Below are positions 48,001-59,432 of a DNA stretch of 64,000 nucleotides, one piece after another. Position 1 is the first letter of the stretch. The number at the start of each line of letters is the position of its first letter. The stretch is from Gekko japonicus (taxonomy: Eukaryota), in contig NW_015164664.1 of assembly GCF_001447785.1 (NCBI RefSeq), positions 588,274 through 652,273 of the forward strand, read 5' to 3'. A program made the translations under genes and the position numbers. The notes under the pieces were generated by a model, which saw only the letters and a list, made by a program, of their open reading frames with translations, was not told where the DNA came from and did not search any database.

Positions 48001-51000
48001 GCACGGTGGTCTCGAACTACAGGCAGCACCAGACTCATGCAGATTCCAGTTTCCCTACCGGCCAAGCCCTCCATTCCTTAACAATGCCCCAGAAACTAGC
48101 CGTGCTCACCTCTCCTGCTTTGTAGCACACACTGCAGCGGACGGTGTCTGAGGCTTCTGCTGTCTGTGGTGCTGGTCTCTGCTGTTGCGCTTCATACAGT
48201 GAGAGGCATACAGAAGTGCAGAACTCATGAAAAGAGCTGCCCGAGCCAACCTGGGCCACGACGGACTCCTTGGTGTTCCAAATCTCCCTGCAGACAGAAG
48301 GGCATCAATCAGACAGAGGGTTAGCCACACCTTGGACCATCCCAGCAAACCAAAGGCAACGCGGAAGCCAAAGACACCAAGAAAAATAGCAAGCAGGGGA
48401 GGGAGGGTATTTGCGAGGCTAGGGCCTGCTGCATCAAAAGCAGCAGATAAGAAACAGGGAGCCCATGTGCAGCAAATGGCAGCAGGGGGCGGGGAAGACA
48501 GCAGCGGCACCCACTTTTTGCAGAAGGTGCAGTTCTTCTTGCTGAGTGGTCTCTTAGAAAAGGTGGTGAGGCAGGTGCTGGAGCAGAAAAGCTGAGGGAG
48601 CCCCTTGCGCTGATAGGCTGTCTGGCCCTTCTGCAGTGGCGTCCGGCAGTTGGCACAAGTCATCTTGGTCACTGTGGAGCGGGCAGCCCGCTGGGCCATC
48701 TGGTTGCGCAGAGACAGGCGAGTGGTGCGCCGAGTGCGACAGGGAACAAAGTCCTCATCGTTGGGGTCATCTACCATGGCATCTGAATCCTCATCAGAGA
48801 CTGGGACTGCAGGAAGCAGGAGAGATGGGGATCAGAATGGTCCTGGGGCATGGACAGAAGGCACAGGATGCAGCCCCTGGCTGAAGCTAAGCAGGGCTGG
48901 GTCACAAATCTCCAGGGAGGGTCCCCCTATGGTAACTTGCCTGGAGTTCCATGATAGAGGGGACATTGGATATCCATGAAATAAACAAACAAGAATCCAA
49001 TGAAAACAAAACAGCAGGAAAGAGACTTTAGAGGAGGTCAGAACATATTTACAAAATTGTCATCCTTCAGCATCCTGAAAAAGACTTCAAGAATCACCAA
49101 TACCAACTCCCACATAAAGGCAGGCTTTACTTTACCTGTCTTGGATAGATGCTTTAAAAAAAATCCTCCATCCAGTGAGGAAGACTCCACCTTTCCCTTG
49201 GATATCAATATAACCACATTGTGCTTTTGTTCCACTTAACTTTAGGAGTTTGGAACCACATAGTTCTTTCCCCATAACTGACCCTAGTGACTGGACCAAG
49301 ATCATCTGAGGGGACTGGGAATTGAACCCATAGCTCTGCAGTCCAACTCTCTGTCCCTTACACCATACTAGCTTTAGGCAACTGCTCTTTTGGTAAACCA
49401 GTCTCCAGACTCTGTGAGCTGTCTGTACCTCTTCAACATAAGACTGCTGGCTGAAGGGCAACTTACTGCTCTCAGAGGAGTTTACTGTTTCAGGTCGGGA
49501 TGCCTCTGACCTCCTGGCTCGCTCACTCCTCTTCCGCTCCTGGAAAACACCAATGAATCTTCAGTCGAGCCAAAGGCACCTGGCCTAGAGAAACCTTCAA
49601 ACTGCAATTATTTACTGAGCACTTAGGAATACTAAGCACTGTACAAAAAAAGGTAGGTAAATCCAGCCCACAAGTTCATGATCTACCATGGGGAGGAAAG
49701 GAAAAGGAAGAGGAGAAGCAGCGCAGATGGCTTGTGACATAGAACTACAGCAGATGGGAGGCCTGCTTTTTCTAAAAGAGCAGCATATGGGCAAGGAGTT
49801 GAGGGAAGAGTTAAGAGCCTTAGAAGAGAGACTACCAATCACCTGTGCCACCTCCTTCCTTACCTTTTCAACTGGCTGCTCACTTCCCTTTGCACCAGCA
49901 CCTTCCCCTGCAAGAGAAGGACAAAAAAAACCCAAAAGCTGTCTGTGAGGCTCCAAAAGAACTAAGTGGCCCAGACTGTGGCTTGCAACAATCATGACAT
50001 GAAAGCATAAACAAAGACTGGGGGAAACTGCTGCAGTGCTGAAGTGCACGGCACAGAAATACTTGGAGGAAGTGGGAACTCCTTTACAATTGGCACTCAA
50101 GAAAGCCAGGTGGACTCTCCAGCTGTGGCCGGAGAAGCAGCAGTGGAAGAAAATAGCTTGTGAGGGAGGGGAGAGCAGCTGGATACGTAACACATTGCTT
50201 GGCAGGCAAAGGCAGGTTAGGACTGTGGACGAGGGAGCTGCAAAGAGTCTTTTTCGAAACAAAAGCAAGTGGGACAGCCACTGGCATCCTCCACCCTCAT
50301 CTTCCTCCAGTTTGCCACCAGAGGAGAAACGAGAAAGGAGAAGAGGGCCCATGCCCTACAGATAGCCTCTGTTGTTCATACCCACCTGGAAGGGATGGTG
50401 ACTGTGCTGCCTCTTCTGCTTTGGGCTTGGCAGGGTCTTTCTGGGAAGTGCTGCTTTCCATCTCTGCTTCAGCTGGGCTCTCTCCCACCAGCTCAGGAGC
50501 CGGATCAGACGTACTGTTGAGGACTGACTCCTTCTCCTCCTCTGTAGATGCCTCCTCTTTCCACAATGGGGAGCTTTTCCTTGGGGCTTTTAACCGGGCT
50601 TTCTTAGCCAGCCGCTGGCTTCCTGGTGAGCCGACGGGCGAGGCTGTTAGGTCTCGTGAAGGTGGGGTGTTGCTCACCTCCACGACGTCAGGGGACTCCA
50701 TGGCATGGTTCTCGGGAAGGGAAGCTGCACTCTCCAGACCCTCATCTTTTGGGTCTTCAGGCTCAGTTTTGCACACTCCTTCCTCTTTCCAAGCTTCTGG
50801 CACCAGGGCTTCCATCCCTGGTGCAGAAGGGTCCCTAGTCCCATCTTCTGGATCTTCAGTACCACCTGCCTTGTACAGGCTGTCCAGGTCCTCTGACTTA
50901 GTGGGAACCACCAGCTCATCCTCTTTGCTCAAGCTATCTAGGATACCAGGCTTCTCCAAGATAGCCAAAGGATCAGATTTATCCAATCCCAGGCTATTGG

Positions 51001-51247
51001 GTTTACTTAGGTCTGACAAGCCATCTGCTTTCACTAAGTCCAGGCCCAAGTCACTGTCTGAGGTTGCTTGCTTGGGCGCTTCCCACTCCATCTCTTGGGG
51101 CTGGAGAGCTGAGGCTTGTGGGACCGAGGCTGTCTGGGAAGCCAGCAGATCCTCTCCAAACTCCATGTCTGCAGGGAGGTCGCCTATTAGTGGCTTATCA
51201 GGCAGAGAAAGTGGCCCCAAGGAGCCAGGAAATTCATTGGGATCCAT
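32799..51247 (-). CDS. ZMYM3: Zinc finger MYM-type protein 3; 24 coding exons, about 1424 aa once the exon-12 frameshift is corrected
   Basis: N-terminus MDPNEFP..LPDKPLIGDLPADMEFGEDLL, multiple FCS/MYM zinc fingers, Pro/Val-rich PxP region, C-terminal DUF3504-type domain; all introns GT-AG with consistent phases except one. Confidence 0.97.
33477..33594 (-). CDS. ZMYM3: ZMYM3 coding exon 23
   Basis: GKRKREEEAPVLEQRENRMNPLRCPVKFYEFYLSK. Confidence 0.93.
33679..33933 (-). CDS. ZMYM3: ZMYM3 coding exon 22
   Basis: [38 protein letters not shown]. Confidence 0.93.
34851..34968 (-). CDS. ZMYM3: ZMYM3 coding exon 21
   Basis: YLLENNRMVNIFTDLYYLTFVQELNK. Confidence 0.93.
35234..35385 (-). CDS. ZMYM3: ZMYM3 coding exon 20
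   Basis: KPMRIKEDILACTAAELNYGLAQFVKEVTRPNGERYEPDSIYYLCLGIQQ. Confidence 0.93.
35509..35677 (-). CDS. ZMYM3: ZMYM3 coding exon 19
   Basis: GQKRLVLSESCSRDSMSSQPSCTALNYSYGVNAWKSWV. Confidence 0.93.
36433..36475 (-). ncRNA. Minimal type I hammerhead ribozyme (sense to ZMYM3 pre-mRNA)
   Basis: Minus strand UGACCU-CUGAGGA-aGGCguauuugGCC-GAAA-CGCGUA-AGGUCA. Confidence 0.8.
36748..36790 (+). ncRNA. Minimal type I hammerhead ribozyme
   Basis: Stem I UGACCU/AGGUCA, core CUGAGGA (36754-36760), stem II GGCC-uauuu-GGCC, GAAA (36775-36778), palindromic ACGCGU stem III, GUA cleavage triplet (36782-36784). Confidence 0.85.
37628..37731 (-). CDS. ZMYM3: ZMYM3 coding exon 18
   Basis: PLDINPSVDFLFDCGLVGPEDVSTDQDLPRAIRK. 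Confidence 0.93.
38159..38305 (-). CDS. ZMYM3: ZMYM3 coding exon 17
   Basis: LVSNQSAEGLLEDCDLFGPARDDVLAMAVKMANVLDEPGQDLEADFPK. Confidence 0.93.
39607..39781 (-). CDS. ZMYM3: ZMYM3 coding exon 16
   Basis: VPVPMFLPTTLESTEKIVETIEELKVKIPSNPLEADILAMAEMIAEAEELDKASSDLC. Confidence 0.93.
39870..39985 (-). CDS. ZMYM3: ZMYM3 coding exon 15
   Basis: WKPQVVVLPIPVPIFVPVPMNMYCQKIPVPFSMPVP. Confidence 0.93.
40140..40290 (-). mobile_element. CR1 LINE RT fragment
   Basis: VKPHLEYHVKLWAMHFKKDVDKLE resembles CR1 RPHLEYCVQFW.P..KKD.DKLE. Confidence 0.7.
40570..40729 (-). CDS. ZMYM3: ZMYM3 coding exon 14
   Basis: TPRKNKAAMCKPLMQNRGVSCK. Confidence 0.9.
40961..41019 (-). CDS. ZMYM3: ZMYM3 coding exon 13
   Basis: QTPEPKQPSSTTPKAETNT; tttcag| and |GTGAGT. 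Confidence 0.75.
42505..42668 (-). CDS. ZMYM3: ZMYM3 coding exon 12 (apparent 2-nt deletion near its 3' end)
   Basis: AARCHACKRQGKLLETIHWRGQIKHFCNQQCLLRFYNQQNQPNLD; |GTGAGT. Confidence 0.88.
43231..43403 (-). CDS. ZMYM3: ZMYM3 coding exon 11
   Basis: CVLLYKQDFTKNLGLCCITCTYCSQ..FCSEDCKSKYLLWYFK. Confidence 0.93.
43874..44018 (-). CDS. ZMYM3: ZMYM3 coding exon 10 (acceptor position uncertain)
   Basis: VYQFCCRDCCEDFKRL..CEYCKQEKLL..FCSE. Confidence 0.85.
44284..44370 (-). CDS. ZMYM3: ZMYM3 coding exon 9
   Basis: RTSPEGGIHLTCHSCHNLFTGKPEILDWQ. Confidence 0.93.
44853..45471 (-). mobile_element. Putative solo LTR
   Basis: TGTTA...TAACA termini, flanks acaaa/gcaaa, minus-strand order CCAAT, TATA-rich tract, AATAAA. 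Confidence 0.4.
45629..45744 (-). CDS. ZMYM3: ZMYM3 coding exon 8
   Basis: PPRPCSFCRKSLSEPCYYNK..YQFCSPSCWTKFQ. Confidence 0.93.
46203..46353 (-). CDS. ZMYM3: ZMYM3 coding exon 7
   Basis: KNTRVYPCMWCKTLCKNF..LFCSICC. Confidence 0.93.
46805..47017 (-). CDS. ZMYM3: ZMYM3 coding exon 6
   Basis: IQHEVSNGNVVHRICSDACF..RFCNTTCLNSYKK. Confidence 0.93.
48110..48287 (-). CDS. ZMYM3: ZMYM3 coding exon 5
   Basis: EIWNTKESVVAQVGSGSSFHEFCTSVCL..CSVCYKAGE. Confidence 0.93.
48515..48806 (-). CDS. ZMYM3: ZMYM3 coding exon 4
   Basis: PVSDEDSDAMVDDPNDEDFVP..CANCRTPLQKGQTAYQRKGLPQLFCS. Confidence 0.93.
49467..49539 (-). CDS. ZMYM3: ZMYM3 coding exon 3
   Basis: ERKRSERARRSEASRPETVNSSES; |GTAAGT. Confidence 0.88.
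49864..49907 (-). CDS. ZMYM3: ZMYM3 coding exon 2
   Basis: EGAGAKGSEQPVEK; cag| and |GTAAGG; 44 nt fits the phase. Confidence 0.75.
50386..51247 (-). CDS. ZMYM3: ZMYM3 coding exon 1 (exon begins 51264)
   Basis: ATG at 51247; donor G|GTGGGT, phase 1. Confidence 0.9.
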
Positions 51248-53589
51248 TCAGAAAGAGTCAGTAACTAGGAAACAGAAACAGGAAATAACATTAGCATGTT
51301 TAACTAATTCAAAGACTTATACCACTCCTCTGAGAAAACATGAACCTGGAGGAAATCACATGCTAGAATTAGGGTGTCAACCTGAACCTAAATTAAATTC
51401 ACTGATGGAGATCAAAATCTATTACTTTGAACCCAAACTGGAATGGAACCCCCTAATCAAAGGCAGACAGGAAATGAGTCGGACATCATTTCTACAACCT
51501 GAAACCAGTTTCAAAGAAGTAGCTTCAGAGCTCAAGAGGTTCTTTTGAGAACACTGGGAACCCGCCTCTGTGAATCTCCATCCCATATTGAACCAGGGTG
51601 TTTTTTTATTTGCATGATGCAATTTCAGAAAAAACAGAGCTGGAAAAAAATATATACAATCACCAAGTTTCCAGGGCAGAGGAATACTGAGACAGAAGAA
51701 TGTATCCTTTTTCATCCCAAAAATAATGTGAAGGTACATCAGATCTTCTAGCTATGAATTATCACTCTTATAAAGACAATAGACAAAGTGAACTCATCAT
51801 GGGCATATAATGTCCTCTGAAGATGCTTCCATTACTGAGTTCCACTACAATTCTGACAACCAACTCAAAAAAGCACTTTAGGGACTCCTTCTTCATCCAG
51901 TCCAAGGGGCACTTGCAACTGCTGCTCCCAAAATGTGCCATAGCAGGCCAAGCCAAAGTAACACTCAGAAGTGATGTAACCCACTCCTCCACACTTTGGC
52001 CAACTTTTTTGATGGCCAGGAACGTGATGGGTGGCCTGTTAACAGAAGATGGCTTTAAAAATCATTTGGACTGCTTGTAAGTGCTGTTGCTAGCTCTGAG
52101 AGACTGGAAGCTGGCAAAACCCCAAATGTGTAAAACTTAAATATGCAAGGTAGCTGTGCTCTCAGCAAGTTCCTGATACAGCCATTGGTCATTAAAAAGC
52201 TGGTCCCTGAATTAGCACAGAAGGCCCAAGTGGTTCTTGAGAGATAACAAGAGAGCCTGTTCAGCAAGCTGCCTTTGCATGCGATAGGACAGCTTTCTAT
52301 TTCCACCTGTCACCCTGGTCTGATCTGAATAGTGTTGAAGGGAAAATAAGGAGGGGCTAGAAGGACCATAAATTCAGGCCTTACCTGAGATGTAAGGGAC
52401 ACTTGCCTCATCTTGTGCAGAATATGGGCAACTATCATGATATTTATGCTTTGACTAAAGTTTCATTTGGCATGGAGTTAATGGGGAAGCACAGTTCCAC
52501 AGTCTGTAAAATGGGAATGTGATTTTTTTCAGAGAGAAGAGTGTAACAATGGATGGGTTATCTGCCTTGCATTTCTGGTCAATCTTTGTCTTAGTGAACC
52601 TTCCCAAGTGAAGAATTCTGTTTGTACTTCCTTGGAGTATAATATCAGCACTGTCCTGTCCTGGGACAAATGGGACCATGTAGATCTGGGCAGTAGTCTC
52701 AACTCAAACCTCCAGCTGTCCATCTGACCTTTGTGCTATGCACCCTGAGCATCAGCCCAGGCCTCTTCCTAGAGTCCAGTCCTGGGGGCCACTCTCTCAA
52801 GGCCTCAGAACCTTCACTTCTAATGGATGCTGGAGTGCCAGGCAGAGTTGAGGACATGCAAACACACTTGTAGGACGTACAATGCCAGCAAAAGCTTACT
52901 TGGGGGAACAAAATTATGCTGCCTAAACAAAGGAAAGCAGGTGGAAGTTGGCCCCAAGAGAATCTCTCAGTTTGGGAGGCCCCTTGTAGAGGCAGCACAG
53001 AATGCAGTGCAAAATGATAGAAAGTAGCAGTTAAAAGGGATCCAAATATACTACAATTATCAGATTTTCATATGATGCTTGCAGTCTTAAAAAAATCTTT
53101 TGGGAACAAGATTCTACAGTTCTGGGAAACTTGCTTCAGTGTCTTTTAACTGCACCATGTCAAAGCCCCCTCAGTCTTTTACTGCAGGAACATATTATAG
53201 ACTGCCCTCCTCATCTGCAAAAGACTTCCCTCTCCCTTGCAGACAACAGGGAACCCCTGTCTCTGCCTCCATAATGACTAAGTCTTCCCTCCATCACTTA
53301 TTCCAATTAGCAACACATTCAAGAGAAGCCCTCCTGTCCTCTTCATTGTTTTGTCTTGCACATCTCTAATATAGCAGACCCACTAACACCAGCTCATTTC
53401 ACAGACAGAACAATCCAATGTTGACTTACTCCAGTCTCAGACCATTCACTTTAATGAGCTTACACTGGAGTAGGTCTGCATAGGACTGCACAGCAGTGCC
53501 CAATTTAGTCCATCACTAATTCTACATGGGAGGGGGGCATTTTCAGCTGTAAAGGGGCAGATTCCTTGACATTTTCTTGGTGTCCCAAT

Positions 53590-53794
53590 CAATGTTCCCT
53601 CTAAGCTGTGGAGTCCTGTGAGCAAAAATTCTACTTTGTGAGCTTCTGGCATTAAAGTTGTGAGCAATTGATTTGGCTACTGCCTAAATCAGTTTGCTTT
53701 GGAGCATCCTTCCTGAGCGAAGACAAAAATGTGTGAGCCAGAGGCTAAAAAACTGTGAGCTAGCTCACACTAACTCAGCTTAGAGGGAACACTG
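53590..53794. mobile_element. hAT MITE, same family as 18927-19130
   Basis: TIRs and perfect TSD gtcccaat (53582-53589, 53795-53802). Confidence 0.88.
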
Positions 53795-54849
53795 GTCCCA
53801 ATTTTATATCTAAATCTTGAGGACAACCAAAGCCAACCTGCTGGAATGAGCAAAGGGCGACACTACCAAACTGTGCTGCTATCACTGGGAATGGGGGAAA
53901 TTCAGAAAACAGATGACTTCTAAGCCATATGCTAATTCTCTAGCTAAGGACACCAGGGTACCCAATTGTAGAACAGAGATCAGATCCAGAGAGCCCTCCA
54001 TGGGCTGACATGGCAGCAGGTAGACTCGATACCAAACATTATCCATTGGGTGGTGCCAAGGGGAGTGAGCTAATATTTTAGCTGTGCCCTACTCAGGATT
54101 GCCTTAAAAGATGTCTCAGTCACCTGGAAACACTGCCCAGAAGCTCCTGAATTAACTATAAGGAAGCAGAAGTTATGTTGCAGGGTGAACCTTGACCTGG
54201 CACAGCAAAGGCCACTTACCCCCTCCTACTAGCAGGCACCTGGAGAATTCCCTCCTTACAGAACCAGAAAACTAGCTGTGCCCACTGCAAGTCACTCTCT
54301 CCAAGGAATTAATGGTGTGAGGCTGTGATGCCTGGCACAGCTCAGATCCTAATCCTTGTCCTTTCTCTTCAGGATCATTCCCTGTTGCAATCCAGATCAC
54401 ACTTGCAGGTAATGTAACCTCACCCGAGCCATTACTTTCTCCCCATTCTGAAAATATATGTAGAATCCCTCCTTGAGATACTATGGATTTAAATCTATCA
54501 CTGCAGACTACCATTCTTGCCACAGAGAATATGTCACTTAGCCTAGACTGCCTTCTCCCATTAGCTCCTGCTCCTTGAGTGAGTGCCTGCAGGATCCCTT
54601 CCCAGCACGCTCCTGGCCCTGATCTACCCCACTGCAAACCCCCCCCCCAACCATTCGCTTCTTTGCATTCAGCAAATACCTGCACAATACAGAGTCTCAC
54701 ATCATTGCAGACTTGTGGCTCATCTGCTCTCCTCCCTGTGTAAGCCAAGGCAAGGCCCGGCTCCCCAGGGATCTCCCCCCACCCTTCACAGCAAGTACCT
54801 GCAGGCTTCCCCATCCCTGCTCACGCTCCCTCCCTGCCAAGATATCAGA

Positions 54850-56330
54850 CGAGTCTTGGACAGGCTCAGTTCGGGAGCTCCGCCCCCGTCACAGCAAGTA
54901 CCTGCAGGATCTCGCTGCAACGGCGCCAGGGTGCCTTGGCCCTGCCCAGGAGCACCTCCCAACTAGCAGCAAGCGCCTGTCGGACCACTCCCGGATCAGT
55001 CCGTTCGAACCCCAACCTTGGAACGTCGCCCAACTCCGCCCTCTTCGCACCAAGTGCCTGCAGGATCCTTCCCCCCCCCCCGGTGCAGTCCAACCCCCAC
55101 AGGCCCCGCCCACTAGCCCCACCTCCACCTTCCCCCCCCCCACTCCCCCCATTTCCAGGTCCCCACCACCCACCCGGCTCAGCGCGGCGCCCACCCGAGG
55201 TTTGGTTCGGGTCGCGACTTGGCGGCGGCCCCTTTAAATGGAGGCGCCGCTCGGAGCCCTGAGCGCGCCGCAGCCTGAGCAAGGGGGGAGGTCGGGGAGG
55301 GTGTCCATTGGCTGCGGCCGAGCAAGGACGGCACGGCGATTGGCTACCAGCGGCCGGGACCAGCTCTGCTATTGGCTGTGGAGGCGCCTGGGCTCGCGAG
55401 ACTCGCCTCGGCGCCTCTGCTAGCTGCAAAACCCGGCGAGGAATTCATGGATGAGGGATAGGAAAGGGGAGGTAGAAAATGCGGATCGCGGATCATGGAT
55501 CCGGGACACCACCAGTGGGGTGGGGGAGGGGAAGTGGGGCCAAGGGGCACGAGTTGGGGGGCCACCTACTCTCCGGTTTACCTTTTAAATCTCGGGGAGA
55601 ATTCCAGGGGGAAAGGTGCTCGTCGCCCCCCCAGGAATCCGTCCGCCCTCCCGGGGCCGTCGTCCCCTCACCTGTCTACCCACCGATGTGGGGCGCGCCC
55701 CGAGGGTCTGCCTTAGCAGCCGAAGCGACGGAAGGAGAGAACAAGCAGGCGAGCGCGCGGCCGGGCGGGGCGGACACGGGGCACGGGCACCGCCCCCGGA
55801 CGGCGCGGGATAGAGGGGCCGCCCCAAGACCCCCGGCAGGGAGGAAAGGAGAAGCCCCCTCACAGCGCCCCCGCCTAGGAAGGCGCCGCGGCGCCTCCCT
55901 CTGCAGGGAGGGGGGCTGCCCCATCGTGGATCGCTTCCAACTCCACCTCCTCCCTCCAGCCCCAGAGCTTACCTTCCCTCCCAATAAATGCCAGAATTAT
56001 TCATTCTTAGTTCCAATTCCCCTCTCAGCGACCCTAATCTGCATCATACAGTAGAATCTAAACTCGCATTCACACGTACACGCGTCGCAACACCCCCGCC
56101 CCCAATCCAGACTGGCTTTTGCGAGACCGGGCCAAGCACGCGCGCGGGGATCTTTGCTCTTCCTACGCAGAGAATCCCTCCCGCCAGTTCCTGTCTGGTA
56201 TCTGACCCTTGGCAACAGCCTCTTCTCCCGAAGATCCTCCGGGAGCCACCGGTCGCTATCACCCACCACGCCAGGAATTGCACCCAAGCCTCTTCCCCCC
56301 CTACACGTGACTCTTGGAGCCCCCCCCCCC
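54850..56330 (-). promoter_or_regulatory. ZMYM3: ZMYM3 CpG-island promoter with candidate non-coding first exon(s)
   Basis: Very CpG-dense; GC boxes at about 55763-55773; three CCAAT boxes; minus-strand donors AG|GTGAGG at 55672/55671 and AG|GTAAGC near 55972. Confidence 0.8.
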
Positions 56331-58720
56331 GTACTGGCTGCTTGTTCTCAAGGGTAGGAAGCAGAGAAGAGACCTGGGAAGATCGATCTGTTGTGCGTTC
56401 CAGCCGGCCCAATGCAGATGTTGCACTGGAGCCAAAGAAGCAGGGGATGCAAAGAAGCCCTTTGGGGGCCCCGTACGATCTGTTCCCCACCCCACCCCTT
56501 CTTCAGAAGGAAGTACTCCTCAGCACCCTCACATCCAGAACCACTTCCTTTGCCAGGCATCTCCCCTCACTCCTGAAGGTACAGAGCCCCAGTTGCCGCG
56601 GTTTTCCAGCAACCTAATATGGGCTCCTTCAGCTCACCGCCACCACCACACACACACCAGTAACCAGAAATGGGGCATGCGGCTCCATGGCATGGAGGCT
56701 TCTTGCCTTCTGCTTCCTACATTTGCAGGATGGTGATGAAAATGCAGCCCAAATACAGATTTTCAACATTGCTCTTGCAGAGGTTTTTACGACCCTAGAA
56801 TCCATTTATCACAGGATTAGGCAACCTTTGTGGACTAAGCGATGACAAAAAATGCAGTGTCTACCAGTAAAGATGTTGATGTGCTGGCAAATGGGGTGGT
56901 GGGAATTGTACTTGGATAGATATACTGGGAAAAAGCCAAGTCATAACAGCTCTGCCAGTGCCTCAGGACCTTGCCTCAGTCGCTTGGGCAGAGAACCAGC
57001 CCTGTGTGCCAAGCAATAGTTTGGCATGCTGCTGTTTGACATGTGTAGTTGGTATGGACTACTCGGATCTGTTGGGGTGATTTGCCAGTAAAAATGTATG
57101 TGGTTCTCCTCCTCCCTTTTTAAAGCTCATAACAGCCCTGTGGGGTAGGCTAGGCTGAAAGAGAATGATTGGCCCAAGACCAGCCAGTGAGCTTTATGGC
57201 AGAGCAGAAATTTGAACTCAGCTCTCCCTCTTTGATAAGACAGGCTGGCGATCCGCTACTTGCCCAGCTTAGGTGCTGAAAGTGAAAGTCAGGCCATCCC
57301 TAAAGGTTTTTTCACAAGGGGAGGTATGAGTAAAGCAACAGAGAAGAAAGATATAGATGGCTCCTTTATTTTATTACAATGATGTCCTCGCTTGAAACTT
57401 GTATGGGAAATGTCCCCTTCCCTCCTCATAGTATTTTTCAGGGCAGGTACAATGGCAGGGTGGAGAGCCACATGGCCTTAATTATAAACAGGACATTTTC
57501 ATTTTTCTTCCTTTATTCCCTCTCTGCTGTTTGTTGACCCTCCTGTTAGTGTAATTTGTGTCATTTTATGTATATATTTTAATGGGTTTTTAATCTTGTT
57601 TTAATGTTTTTATTGTTTGCAGCCCTAGAGACCCTGAGCTGAGTTGAAAGGCAGCTGAATAGAAATATATAGAGGGAGACTCATACTTCCCTAGAGCACA
57701 AGGGTGGATATGCTCTCCTTTGCCTTCTCTCTCCCCCACCCCCCTTTTCAGGTTATGTCAACCTGAACCCTCTGCGATCCCATAAAAAAGCATACCACTG
57801 TTTAGCAACTATTGTTCATGGTTGTCTGTACAATATCTTCTCTGTGTGCTTGCAGTTGATAGTGTATCTGCCATCTACTTATTAATTTCAGACAAGTACT
57901 GGTAACTCAGACAAGATTTTTTAAACATTTAAGAGAGACCATTCCATCTTAACAACTCTATGTAGAACCCAGCTAACCTTTTCACAATATCCAAAACTAC
58001 AGCTTTGTTTTTTAAAGCATCATATGCCTTCTAACTTTTAGTGGGGGGAAATAACAGCATCTAGAATCTAATTTTTATAACCTAGCTAAACTTTCTGAAT
58101 CCTTTCTCTTGTTTGAAGGACTGGTTTAAAAGTCTTTATCAAGCATGGAAGCCATCCACTCACCCATGTATCTCTCAGACGAACCCACCTCATGGGTTTG
58201 TGCTGAGAATAAACTGGAGGAGGGGAGACCTACGTAAGACATTTTGAGCTCCTTGGAGGAAGTGTGGGATAAAAATACACTTAATTAAATTATTACTGCT
58301 GGGCGTCCTTGGGTCAATCACACTGTCTTGGCCTAACCCGCTACAGGGCTGTTGTGAGGATAAAATGGAGAATCATGCATGCTGCCTGGGGGAAGGGCTA
58401 AATAAAAAAATGTTGAGACAAAGATCAATGAACACCCATGAGAGGCTGCAGTGGGATGTACACTTAACACAGATTCAGTGCCAGTGAATTTAGGGGGTCT
58501 TGCACACACAGACACTGAACTACAAGCAGGAAGTCTCCAGTTCAAGTCTTTGCTCTGCTTTTCTCTACAAAGAGAAAAAATATACAATACTTTACTATGA
58601 TTATACATATGATACAGGTGATCATCTTACGTAAATGTAGACATAAGCATAGGCATGAACATAGACAATAATTTATGGTCATCTACTTTTATCTGTCTAG
58701 GTTTGCCAACCTAGGTTTGC

Positions 58721-59432
58721 AAACTTAGACAGCATAATAAAAAGTAGGGACATCACCCTGCCAGCAAAAGTCCGTATGGTCAAAGCGATGGTATGGCTGT
58801 GAGAGTTGGACCATAAGGAAGGCTGAGCGCCAAAGAATAGATGCTTTTAAATTATGGTGCTGGAGAAGACTCTTGAGAGTCCCTTGGACTGCAAGGAGAT
58901 CAAATCAGTCAATCCTAAAAGAAATCAACCATGACTGTTCCCTGGAAGGCCAGATACTGAAGCTGAAGCTCAAATACTTTGGCCACCAAATGAGAAGGGA
59001 GCACTCACTGGAGAAGGTCCTGATTCTGGGAATTATTGAAGGTAAAAGAAGACGGGGACGGCAAAAGATGAGATGGTTAGACAGTGTTACTGATGCAATG
59101 AACATGAAATTGAGCAAACTCCAGAGGACAGCAGAAGACAGGAGGGCCTGGCGTAGGGTTCGCAGCCTCCAGGTGGGGCCTGGAGATCTCCCGCTTTTAC
59201 AACTGATCTCCAGCTGACAGAGATCAGTTCCCCTGGAGAAAATGGCTGCTTTGAAGGGTGGACTCTATGGCATTGGACCATGCTGAGGCCCCTCCCCTCC
59301 CCAAACCCCACCCCCTCCTGGATCCACCCCCAAAGTCTCCAGGTACTTTCCAACCCAGACCTGGCAACCCTAGCCTGGCGTGATGTGGTCCATGGGGCCG
59401 CGAAGAGTCAGACTCGACTGTGTGACTGAAAT
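58721..59432 (+). mobile_element. BovB (RTE) LINE 3' fragment
   Basis: YGCESWTIRKAERQRIDAFKLWCWRRLLRVPWTARRSNQSILKEI..LKLKYFGH..GKRRRGRQKMRWLD; 3' end gtccatggggccgcgaagagtc.gac.cgactg. Confidence 0.93.
59154..59372. mobile_element. hAT MITE inserted into BovB
   Basis: tagggtt...ggcaacccta with perfect TSD GCCTGGCG (59146-59153, 59373-59380). Confidence 0.88.

Noticed and set aside
50160-51548. 462-aa + strand ORF
   Set aside because: Antisense shadow of ZMYM3 coding exon 1; Ser-rich with no recognisable domain
54582-55070. CRISPR-like repeat-spacer appearance
   Set aside because: Vertebrate DNA, degenerate repeats, long variable spacing, no cas genes
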